DNA of 63,187 nt, the filler included, from Sluysia triapertura (taxonomy: Eukaryota), in assembly GCA_046118255.1 (NCBI GenBank). It is 4 parts of 4 records of this genome, joined end to end, with 100 filler letters (N's around TTAATTAATTAA, not from the genome) between each part and the next. Parts side by side here need not be neighbours in the genome. Positions count along the whole stretch, not along the records: positions 1 to 15,175 come from JBJNIA010236111.1; 3 more parts are not named here. One strand, written 5' to 3'. Shown here one piece after another: positions 1 through 11,464 of the stretch. A program made the translations under genes and the position numbers. The notes beneath the pieces are model-generated. The model saw nothing but the letters and a program-made list of their open reading frames with translations, searched no databases and had not been told where the DNA came from. Positions within the stretch are counted from its first letter, which is position 1, and each line of letters begins with the position of its first letter.

Positions 1-54
1 CTAATTTTAAAGAATAGGATTTTAAATTCAGACTTAAAATCTCATTTTGTTTAA

Positions 55-298
55 CAGACCGTAATACGGCTGTTTTAATTTTTATCTAAAATCAAACTTC
101 GAACTAAGAAGAAATTCTTAAGTTCGTAAAATCCTTATTATTATTATTACATATTGTTTTATTGTAAGAAAAGAATTTTTTGTTAATACACCTTTGAACC
201 TTCTTTGTTAAAATCAATTCTTCTGTGCAATCAGACCGTAAAAAGGCTGATTTAATATTTAAAATATTTTATTTATTTGACAGACCGTAAAAAGGCTG
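55..298 (+). repeat. Three dispersed copies of an 18-nt motif CAGACCGTAA(T/A)A(C/A)GGCTG
   Basis: Copies at 55-72, 232-249 and 281-298. The first folds as CAG(A)CCGT-AAT-ACGGCTG. Confidence 0.75.
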
Positions 299-514
299 TC
301 TCAACCATCATTGCTAGTAACATTATATTTGAATCAAAAACTTAAAAGGAACCTCTTTAAGCTGCACCTTATTACTAGTCAAAACCTATCTTACTTCATT
401 TAAGTCTGATTAGACCGTCGTCCACTAGTGACGTAAATCGTTTTCTAATCAGCCGAACTCATCTCCATACGAACATTTTGTAAGTAGGTTCTGTCTTTGT
501 AAGAACACTTGCAC

Positions 515-545
515 CGGTAAGCCCAGTACGTTTGTGAACTCACGA
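515..545 (+). repeat. Partial copy of the leader-hairpin motif family
   Basis: GGTAAGCCCAGTACGTTTGTGAACTCACG matches the 3' half of the copies at 20578-20628 (-) and 34977-35028 (+). Confidence 0.75.
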
Positions 546-911
546 TAATCTTTACATTTATTTACTTTATTCTCATAGTACATTACACTTTACTTACAGA
601 TTTAAAGTAAGATTGTGTTCAGTTTTTAAAGAATCCAAGAGTTTATGCAGTTTAATAACAACAATAACTACAATATTGTTCCTCTTATTATTGTTGTTAT
701 TATACTCAATTTAATCATTTTTAGATTCAAAATATTTTAAGAAGTTTTAAAAAAAGAAAGAAAGATTGTGAAAGTTTAGCAAGAATTTGTGTATTTTTTA
801 AATATTCTTAAATATTTTACATTTAATTAATGTTAATAATAATAGCAACATTATTGTTATTATTATTAACATTAAACTTCATAATGTTATATAACATCAA
901 AAATTGTATCT

Positions 912-1071
912 ACCATCACCAGTACTGACATTGCTCATTAATGTAAATAGATTTATGTCAGCACTGATGGTGGCTTATCATTCAGTTATGCTATTTTGAT
1001 CCTTCATATTAGTTGTCCAATCAATGTTACACTGATTATCAAATTTTACGCTTTCTGATTCGACAACTAAT
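912..1071. ncRNA. Double-hairpin structured element, copy A (unknown function)
   Basis: Stem 1 is 912-931/955-974 with a 23-nt loop. Stem 2 is 1008-1023/1056-1071. Homologous to 28158-28333 with compensatory substitutions. Confidence 0.6.
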
Positions 1072-1196
1072 CAGAATAAACTTATAAAAGTAATTTTTAT
1101 AATTACATAATTAAAATAACCTGTAGAGAACTTAAGTTTCAAAAAATTCTAAAGCGTAAATAATATTGAAAAAGAAGTAAATTAATACCTAACCGA

Positions 1197-2426
1197 ATGG
1201 ATAAAAATTCACAGTGTAATTTTAAACTTAATTCTGAAATTGAATTAATGGTATTATTTCGTCAATCAGTGAATGAAACCAAAAAACTATTTGGAGCACA
1301 GTATGTTTCTGATTGTCAAATATTTGATGTCCTAATGAAATTGTCTTCATTATCAACTGAGAACAGCAGCAAATTATTTAGTTTAATAATTAAACGATGT
1401 TATTCAATCCTCGTACGAAATTCCGGATACATAGTTCCCGTTTTAGAATGGACAAAAAATTGTTTCAAAATTATAGTTTTGAATCATTAGATCTAATGTA
1501 TGCATATAGTAATCATTAATTATTTTTCAAAGAACAAGTTCACTTGCTAATAGCGAACGTTTTAACGTGATATATTATATTTTTCGATGTTCATTTACTT
1601 GTAGAGAATGTGTTTAAAGAGAAAAAAAGAAATAATGCATTAAGTCAAATGAATAATGTGAATGAATCTATGATTTTCTTAATTGATTTTCTGAAAGGCT
1701 ACGGTTGTAATAATGAGAACATCGCCATTTCATTTAACATGTTTATGACTGTTTATCGAAAAAAAATTTAAGTTTGCAACACAAGATAATGTTTTATTAC
1801 ATGTCGTATATTTATTCTTTCTTTTTGCATTTTTTCATAATGAATCAACAATAACGTATTGTGATTATTTACTTTATTTTGTGTTAAATACGAAGGATGA
1901 AATAAATATTCGTAGTTATTCTGCTCATCACATGGCAAGTTATCTCATTCATTTTGACAATGACAATATAACTATTAAGTTTATATTTACAGTGATTGAT
2001 CGAATTTTCAGAGGTGTTCTGAAATTATTAGATTTTTCAAACTTTTTGATTTATAAGACTAACATCACCTATAAAAAGTCAAAAAAAGATAAATTGAATA
2101 AAATTGTTGATTATGGTGATGTTATTAGTGATGATTATACAAACGTTTGTATAAGTATTAGTAGAGGCGACGATAATATCACAACTCATGAATTGTATAA
2201 TATTTGTACAGAACTTACGCAAAAATTATCCAAGCGTAATACAATAAATGTTTTTGCTTTATTAGAAATTTATTTATCCCAAAATAATATCAAAGTCAAT
2301 TATATTAAAATTAAATGCACAGACTCCTTGCAGTTACAAGACCAAAATATAATGGCGCGGACTTTAGAGGTTCTACAGCATCATCATAATGTAATTATTT
2401 CTTTTGTTTACCTTTATGCAACTTAA
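1197..2426 (+). other. Orphan ORF region (97 aa and 181 aa ORFs), possibly one decayed or spliced gene
   Basis: Two ORFs with protein-like composition directly downstream of hairpin copy A. No recognisable domain. Confidence 0.3.
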
Positions 2427-2734
2427 ATTTTCATTTTATTTTAGATGATAATTCTTGGGCAAGGCTGAATAACGCATGCGAAGACATATCAAATAAATTC
2501 AAACCTTTTGTTATAATTAAAAATAAAGAAATTGTTATAGCTATTAATGCTTTTTTGATCCATTTTATTAAATCGTTGATAATAAACCTAAATAAAGTTT
2601 TAAAACATCATATTCGCAACGAACTTAGATTTAATAATATCAATTTTGATTTCAAAAGTAAAAGATTCATAACCATACTAAATTGTTTTCAATTAAAATT
2701 AACATTTCATAATCCAACATTACTACAAACGACT

Positions 2735-3105
2735 TAGACTCACGATGGAAGTCCGCATAGTTTATCGCAGATTATTAATCAGTGTCAGATAAGTTCAAAA
2801 ATTTATGGTTGGAATGAGGCTAAACAATGTGAAAGATTTCCATTACACTTACGAGGTAGAGCTTTAGATGCCTATCATAATGTTTCGGAAGAAAAACGTA
2901 TGGAATGGAATTCGAAAACCAATTAGTTACGAAGGATGCACAATTTACTAATGGTAGAAAATTTCGTAACAGAATACAAGGAACGAATGGATCGATAACT
3001 CAGTATATTTTTGACCTAAAACAGCTAGCGTTAAAAGCCTTTCCAAATTTTAATCACGATCAACGAAATGAACTGATTGTACAATTTGTGAATAAAGTAA
3101 ATTAA
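2735..3105 (+). pseudogene. gag: LTR-retrotransposon Gag (capsid) remnant
   Basis: Manual translation HDGSPHSLSQIINQCQISSKIYGWNEAKQCERFPLHLRGRALDAYH, then after a frameshift RIQGTNGSITQYIFDLKQLALKAFP (major-homology-region-like). Confidence 0.8.
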
Positions 3106-3489
3106 ATTATGAATTTATAAATATTAATAACATTGTAATGTAGTAAATATTAAATATATTAATGTTACAAATTTTAAAAATTATAACATTTTATTAATTA
3201 ATTAAATTGCAAATAGAGTAAAACATTTGAGTAAAACAATTTTAAATTAATTCCTAATAAAATAATAAAGGTGAGATTTATTGTATTTTATGTGAAAATA
3301 AAAAACATTAAAAAAGAAAATAATATAATTTTACGATTGTACGAACATATATAAATAGAAGAATTCAAAACTTTATGCTCACAAATTTTTTGGAAGTATG
3401 CACCAGCGTTTTGGTTATATACATGTGGAGAATTTTGGAGACTTTGGTTACAGTAAATGTTTGGAAATTCGTTATTCAAGCCGTGGTAT

Positions 3490-3580
3490 TATTAGACTTC
3501 ATACAATGGACTGACCGGAGATCGAACCCGGGACTGCGCAGTTCGATGCTCTACCAATCCCGCCTAACAATTTTAGATTA
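3490..3580 (-). mobile_element. Internally deleted copy of the tRNA-containing LTR-like element
   Basis: TTAGACTTCATACAATGGACTGACCGGAGATCGAACCCGGGACTGCGCAGTTCG matches the 41160-41319 copy with deletions. Confidence 0.8.
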
Positions 3581-5887
3581 TATAATTTGCAGTTCAAAAT
3601 TAATAAATTATACACACATCACGCTCCAGATTCGATTCAACATCAACAATTTTATATGTCTATGCAGCAATCGTAAGATTTGTTTTTATAAGGTTCATCG
3701 TATAATATTTATGATTAATATTCCACTTAATATTTTATTAAATTATAAAGCCAAATATTATATCTGGCTCAATTTTAATTTTTTAAATCAAAGTTCTAAA
3801 ATTAAATGAATACCTTTATTTTAACATATTATTATTATCTCTTCAATTTTTACATATATATTATATATTACTCCGCATAAGGCTAGTTTTATGGTTTCTG
3901 ATATTGAACCAATAGAACGTCATGATATTGAATATATACTTCAGCGTCTGAAATGCTCACATATCTAAAAATAATTTTTCAGTTGACAGCGTTTTGATAG
4001 AAATTCCAATGGTGAACGTAGAAGATCAATAATATCGCCAAAAAGTTTAATAATCAATTTTATAATAACAATACGAATAGGAGAAATAGTAGAACTCGAT
4101 TTATTAATGAAAGTAATTATCGTGGTAATAGATTTATCGAAAATTGTTTTCTTATTTGCACACACGCTTAATCAAAATAAACAAATCATGAATCACACAA
4201 ATAGATGAAATTATAAAAAATACTAAAAAAACAGGACACAATTTTCTGTAAATTTGCAAAGGCTGCTTATTCACTGCTGACGATGACTTAGATTCTATTT
4301 CGTGTCAGAGATGACGGGATCATGTAATATTGAACAATTTGACTCTAACTGAGTTTATTTGCAACATCTCTCATCAGTAAGTAGTGTGATTTTGTAGAGT
4401 CAGAAGTAGTACCTATCAATAAATTATTAGTTGGAGAAAATAAACATAACAAATTAATTAATAAAGTAGAATTTTTGTAAAAACAATTTATTTGTAGTCA
4501 TTTTTTCAAGTTTTTTCACTTGTATATTTATGTTTGTGGCCATAAAAGGTTTGTAAGCTTTCCACAAGTTGTACGTTATAATACACATTGAAAGTATCAC
4601 GAGTATATTCGCGGTTGGCAGCGAATGAGTTAAATAAAGTTTCTCTAACTGAAAATTCGTACTAAGTTCGAAGTTCCTTTATCTTCAAATATTGTTCATC
4701 TTACTTTTACATTTTTGTTTTAATTTATATTCATTATTTATTATTTAGATTTCCGTAAAGTTCTTAATAGCTCCCGCTGTTCGACTTTTTATTATTTTAT
4801 TTTACAAGTTTACAAACCTAAACCAAAACAATCAACAATGTAATTAAATACTCCACAACGATGATTGGACAAAATTTAAACAAATCAAATTAATGTAAAT
4901 TATTACTCTGATGAATAATTAATTAATAAATAATAATAATAATAATCAACGAACTGCTAGACAATATTTATCAATTTATAGTTTTTTTTGATCATATAAA
5001 AATTTGGACCTATGAGCGTAATCAGAAATTTCAATTGATTATTCTGAAAATATAATAATAGTTATTATTATTATCAAATTATGTTATAGTTATGTCAAAT
5101 GTGAGTAAATTAAAAGATAAAAAATTCATACATTATCGCATACTAAGTCGATATGAATGGAACAAATGAAATTGTTATAGTATAGAATTGAGAAAATGAT
5201 TGACTATAATATAATAACAGTGGAAAAATTAAGTTCACATTTTTTGTATAATTATTACTTATTTATTTTAATAAGTAAGTAATATTAAAAGTTTTAATAT
5301 TTTACAATTATTATTTTTATTATTTATTATCTAATTAATTATTAATAAATTATATGATTGAATTGATTTTGATGAATCGATAATAATAAAATTAAAAATT
5401 TAAAACGTATAAACTTTTGAAGTAAGATTGAAATATTTTTTTGACAATTTATTTAAACAAAAATGAAACGCCTTAATTCGACTATCTGAACTGTGTTTCT
5501 AGATCTTATAGATTAGCTTTTAAATTTTATTTTACCAACTTTGAATCATCTTAGAATGTGTTCAGTGAGTTGACGTTTACTGAATTTTAATTGGTTAGAT
5601 AGAAATATAAATATACAAAGAAATGGATAAGAGAGAGGAGTCGAATATATTTATTAAATATATTCACATTGTAAATTTCATAACCAAATAATGTTTTTTA
5701 CAATGCAAATACATTTTTAGTATCAAAATAGAAAAACCAATAATATTTCGATTAATTTATTGGGTAAAATATGCGCAATAACACATTACGACACAACGAT
5801 CATCACACTGTTGAGCGTAACAAAGGCAATCAGTTAGTAGGTCGATCATATCAGGCAGCATGCAGAATCACACACATATAAACCTTA

Positions 5888-7897
5888 TTAAAGAGAATAA
5901 TACGACGATGTGTCTTTGGCTTCTGTATCGTATTCTTCGTCGTTGTCTGAAGACAATATAGAAGACTGATGAGCAAGACTGGTATTAGAAGCAGAACCAC
6001 TGCACAGGGCGTCCAATTGTACTTGAAAATTACTTTGATTGGTTGGAGTTACTATAAGTATTTATAAATGAGCAGAACACGACATTTATAAAGAGTTATC
6101 ATCATCATTTTCATTTTCACTATTATCNNNNNNNNNNNNNNNNNNNNNNNNNNNNNNNNNNNNNNNNNNNNNNNNNNNNNNNNNNNNNNNNNNNNNNNNN
6201 NNNNNNNNNNNNNNNNNNNNNNNNNNNNNNNNNNNNNNNNNNNNNNNNNNNNNNNNNNNNNNNNNNNNNNNNNNNNNNNNNNNNNNNNNNNNNNNNNNNN
6301 NNNNNNNNNNNNNNNNNNNNNNNNNNNNNNNNNNNNNNNTGTGGTGATTAATAGTCTCACAGAATAAAAGCAGATGTGAGTTAACCAACGTATCTAGACT
6401 TACGGATTACGGTTAGACCGTTGGATTTTTAGAAAAACAAAAACGTGAGAAAATTATGGAGGTAAAAATCATGTAATATGGTTTGTATTCCTCCCCCACA
6501 AATGAAATTTCCATTTATTTTTATTAGATCATATTAATAATGTTCTTTATTAAAAAGAACCCGAGGAAGTTTACTTTATTGATAATTAGCAACAATATTA
6601 TACTAAGGTTCACTATCATATAGAACCTAGGAAAATCAATTTTTTAATTTTAAAAGCATTATGCTAATTTATGAAGATTTATTTAAACGGAATCGTTAAA
6701 AATCAATTATATTTTACTGTGGTCATTAAGCGGGACTGAAATAATTAATTAAAATGTTTTAGTAATGACTTTACTAAGGTTCGTTAAAATGAACTTTATT
6801 ACTCAATTATTCACTGATTTTAGCAAAAATTAATATTACCGAAACGATATGTTGAAGTAACTAAAAGAAGTTATACATATGGCTTACAAAATATCAAGGT
6901 AATAATTTGCGAATTTAAAAAGATTATTTTGGATTAATAATCTTATGTAAATAAAGTTTAAAAATATTTTACTAAGTTAACAAATTAAATGTTAACTAAA
7001 AGTTTTATCGTTAAGATTTTACATTGATTTTACTGAGCAATATTAAATTATTGCATAAACTTATGTAAACAAAACTAACGAATTATTAAATCCTTTCCCT
7101 TAATGAATGCATATTAAAGTTCACAAATTATTAAAGTTCATATGGTTATCGACATTATTAATATCATCATCATCACCACCATCATCTCCATTAATATCAC
7201 CACCATCATCATCATTATTAATATTATTATAATTATAATACTAACCAGCATTTTCTTTCTCCGCAACTATGTCAACTTGTTCTTCCAACTCCATCAAGAT
7301 CATATTATTGTCATCTCCTTTTTCTTCTTGCCTTGTTTCAGTAGGATCAATGTCTTCTTTCAAAGATTTCGTTTCACTTTTAATACTGGTACTAATTCGT
7401 CTATTCAAAGTCGATCCATCTTCTAATTCCTCTTCATATTCGTCAACAATCACTGCCACTGTATCATCATTTTTATTATCAACATCAAATCGATCTATTT
7501 CTTCAGATTCCAGTTCACGTGTTGTTCGTTCCATTTCTTGTCGTGTCGTTCGTGTCCTTTCGGTTCTTTTTTTTAATACTCTGCCATCATCCAGTTCTTG
7601 TTCCATTTCTTCCACCTCTCGTTCTACGTCTGGGTCGCATTCATACAACTCCTGGTATACCGGTCGATTGGGTTGTGTATGTGGAGTAGCAGCAGCTTCT
7701 TGATCATAGTCATCTGTGAAAAAGAAAAATTACAATAATCTAGTTAATTTCTAAAACGATTAATTATGACAAAATGTTTAAATTATTTGACAAACCATTT
7801 AAAATGAAATAAGACAATTAAATTAAAAATAATATTTTGAATCAGATAAAATTCATCATAGTTCATAACATAAAAATATCACTTACTTACTGTACAT
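5888..7897 (-). CDS. Three-exon gene model for a ~212-aa acidic low-complexity protein (exons 7897-7891, 7713-7246, 6051-5888)
   Basis: Splice sites ATGTACA|GTAAGT, TTTTTCACAG|AT, GCTG|GTTAGT and CTTATAG|TA, all phase 1. The joined 639-nt frame is open: MYNDYDQEAAATPHTQPNRPVYQELYECDP...ENAVTPTNQSNF...SSYYSL*. The first exon is the least certain, and the N gap in intron 2 could hide an exon. Confidence 0.65.
6376..6430 (-). repeat. Leader-hairpin motif family copy
   Basis: Minus strand reads AAAATCCAACGGTCTAACCGTAATCCGTAAGTCTAGATACGTTGGTTAACTCAC. Confidence 0.7.
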
Positions 7898-8133
7898 AAT
7901 TATCATGAACTACAGCTATTGTTATTATAATTCCAGTCGTATTAAAAATATAATAATTATTAGGATTATTGTCACATAATAACTTTCATATTAATATCAT
8001 CAATATTCTAAATTATATAATAATTACGTTATTGTTATTATTATTATTTCTTTATCCTTATTATCAACATCTCCTTTATTCTTTTGTTTTCCCAGGTTAT
8101 GTATATATTTATTTATGCGTTAATCGATAAAGT

Positions 8134-9105
8134 ATGCATTTGGTATCTGTTATAAAATTTGTTCTTTTAATAACTCCAACATTTCAATTGAACTGTCTCA
8201 TAGAAAGTCAATTATTCGAATATCACGTTTGCAAAATATATACATCTGTACTTTCTATGTATAATATTACTTTATTAATTACTGAGAAACAAGATTTGAA
8301 AGCAAATATTTTCATTGTAGTACGAGTAAATGATCAAACTATATATAAGTATAGTATGTTAGCTCAAACAGAAACACTAAAATATCCATGATTTTCTGTT
8401 AAAAGAAAGCCTAATTCAAAATCGTATCAAATATTATTAAAATTCAATTCTAAGTTAGATAGTGGAAAAACCTTTGAGTTAGGTTGAATTAGTCAAAGTA
8501 ATAATTTATTATTTGATAATTATCGAAATAATTTCAAGGATAATTTTTGTTTAATGTGCAAATTGTTATTATTTATCACTTAAAATCAAAGGCACTTTTG
8601 TCTATATTAGATGATGTTGATTTAAAAGCAAGAGCTGCATTAACTATGATCGATCCAAAAATTCATTATGAAAATATTATCACTGTTAAATGTCGAATAT
8701 TTATATCCTAATTTAAAGTTTGATATTATAACTAATAAAATTCCTGGTAATTATTTTGTTACTTATGATTTGAAATTAACTAGAAACATAAGAGATAAGG
8801 AAATTGTCTGCGTAGCTGAAGATGGATACCAAGTCATATTTTCTTCATTTTAATCTTATACAGAAACAGAAATTAAAACTTCACTTGCACTTTCGATTAC
8901 ATTTTTATTTGGTTTAATACTATGTTTTGCATTATCAGTTGGTGGTTTCGTTGATTATAAAGCAACGTAAAAACACTACTAAGCAAATGGTTATCCATCA
9001 TACTTCAGAATCACAAAATCGGATGCAATTCCAATTAACTCATTTAGCTAGAATGAAACCTATTCAATGGTCTGGAAGTGAAACTGAAGACACTGAAAAT
9101 GATTA
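8134..9105 (+). pseudogene. Decayed type-I membrane protein (signal peptide, extracellular segment, TM helix)
   Basis: Hydrophobic N-terminus MHLVSVIKFVLLITPTFQ and a later TM-like SLALSITFLFGLILCFALSVGG, with multiple stops or frameshifts. Family not identifiable. Confidence 0.3.
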
Positions 9106-10099
9106 AATTATAATTCAGTAATTGCTATAGAAAAACCACACATTCTTAATCTGTTTAGTTATGTACAATTGATTGACACAGGTCGTAAGGGTTGATAGTG
9201 CTCATCTATCGAGCCTCTCACGTGTTGGAAGATATTTTTATTATATACTTTGTATAAGTATATCTGCACATGAAGTGGAATCATAATTAATTTTTCAAAT
9301 TTAACGAAACGTAATCATATGACTGGTGCTATCAAACAAATGAATAATTTAATTTCTAATGAGATTTATTTTCCATAGATAATAAGTATGAAACAATTAA
9401 GAATGTGGTTGTAAATAAGTCAGACGTGGAGATAGATAAACTTGATATAATTAAAGAATCAATCGAAAAAACTGTAACCAAAGAAATATCAATAAAAAAT
9501 AGACAATGAAATTTATAAAGCTAAATTTAATTTGGAAAAAATTAGTCAAAAAATGCTTTATAACGCGAGTTTTATTCCCGTCTTAGCCAATCGCAATCAA
9601 ACGATTCTTTTTCCGATCATTCCCACTTAAATAATTCGACTCGTCATCAATCGATAGGATCAAATGAATCCACATTTAACATTTAAGTTAAACAACCACC
9701 GCTTAACTATAGTTCAAACATCAGAATTATAATGAAACTTTTCGGAAAAGCTTTTTTGATTCTGCATATTTAATTTATGAATTATAATTTTACCTTTAAA
9801 ATTTCCAAAATTAATATTTTATAATCATTTGAATTTTTAATACCATATTAATTCTTTTGAAAGTACTGAAATCATTAACAGTAAAAGCATTTTAATCATT
9901 CACAAACATTAGAAAGTTTTATGATTTTTAGGAATAGAATATGACTCATTTTAATTAATTATCAAAGCTAAACCAAAAAAATCCATAATCGATTAGCAAA
10001 TTATATTTAAATTTATAAAATAATACTTTCCAAATAAATATTAATGATGCAAGAACGAATTATAATCATTTTTTCGATATTATTTATGTTAACTTTATT

Positions 10100-11462
10100 A
10101 TTACCATGTTATTCATCTAAACTTGCCTCACATTTACTACCTTTCTTTATAATAGTCTGGAAACACTGTAATATCATCTTGTTCATTATCCAATATACTC
10201 GACTCTTCTTTAAAAATAGAAATATCCTTCTCGAATGACTTCTTAAACCCATTTATAATAGAAGAGATTGGGACTAAATCTCAGCTCTCTTTAACCCCGT
10301 TAGAAACTTCTCCATATTATACCCATTTCATTTTCCCGCCTTCGTTCCCATTTTTTCTTAAGGTGTGCTTTAAATGATTTATTAACAGCGATATCAAGAA
10401 GCTGATGTTTCTTTGTTAACCCAGCTGGTATTATGTCAATTTTAGAATAATTTGCTACCACCCTTTTTATTTTATCTGTTATATGGGGTTTGCATGAATC
10501 CACCCTTTTTTCCATCATTACTTCATTTACCCAACATTTTTCATTTGCATCGATAACCACACCAGCGGGAAATTTTTCTTTTGGAATTGTTTTCCGTTTA
10601 AATATAATCATAGGTGGTAATTTTCCTCCATCAGATGTCACTGACAACATAACGGTAAAATTTGATTTTTCATGCACAGATGTTCTAAGAACAACTTCTT
10701 TTGCACCTTTTACGTTAACAGTTCTTGTGGATGGCATATCAAATGCTACAGGGACCTCATCCTTATTACCAATGTGGTAAGGCTCCAAATCTTTAATATT
10801 TTTTGATATAAACAACCTAAGTTTTGTTGCCTTCGCCTCCCAATTCTCAGGAACCATCTGTCCAACTGTTAAAGGCATCCGGATAGACAAACCGTTCCTT
10901 TTCATGAATTTGAATCACCAGCATTGAGATCCAACAAAATCAGTATATCCAAAATCCTCTGCGAGAATTCTCCCTTGATCAAAGACTGACTCAAAGAAAT
11001 TCTATTTCCTTTACTCCTTTCTTCAAATATACATTCTTTAAGGTTATTTTCCAATTTCGGCCATTTAGGAACCTTAAATCTCATTGCTCTAGATTGTCTG
11101 GGTAGTTTTTTAATACATCTTTTCTCAACCCATTGCCTTACACTCTTCTCATCGACATCAAACTTTCTTGTTGCGGCTCGTTTTCCCATTTCAATTACTT
11201 TAATTTTGAACTCAGATGTATATGACTAATTTATAAGGGATATTTAAAATATTATTTTTGTTGAAATGCTATTTTAAATATTATCAAATAATGTTTATGG
11301 TGCGGATTATATATGTGTGCGGGCTATATATGTGTGCGGGCTATATATGTGTGCGGGCTATATATGTGTGCGGGCTATATATGTGTGCGGGTTATATTAA
11401 AAACAGTTTATTTTTATAATGCTGGCTATATATTAAGTGCACATATATACAAGAAAATACGG
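10100..11462 (-). mobile_element. pogo/Tigger DNA transposon, frameshifted transposase, only one TIR seen
   Basis: HTH segment RAATRKFDVDEKSVRQW..KWPKLE and DDE_1 segments IGNKDEVPVAFDMP, TVMLSVTSDGGKLPPMIIFK and QLLDIAVNKSFK. The terminus TA|CCGTATTTTC at 11464-11453 is Tigger-type. Confidence 0.92.
11305..11396. repeat. 17-bp tandem repeat (CTATATATGTGTGCGGG) x5, subterminal repeat of the pogo element
   Basis: Directly visible, between the TIR and the transposase start. Confidence 0.95.
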
Positions 11463-11464
11463 TA

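Noticed and set aside
4480-4635. Possible piggyBac 3' end (Cys-rich remnant followed by GGCAGCGAATGAG|TTAA)
   Set aside because: No partner terminus, and the translation is too degenerate.
7142-7703. Plus-strand ORFs 7142-7426 and 7269-7703
   Set aside because: These are antisense shadows of the acidic exon and of ATC/ATT microsatellite-like sequence.
11305-11396. Regular short repeats resembling a CRISPR array or iterons
   Set aside because: There are no spacers, and the position between TIR and transposase identifies them as pogo subterminal repeats.
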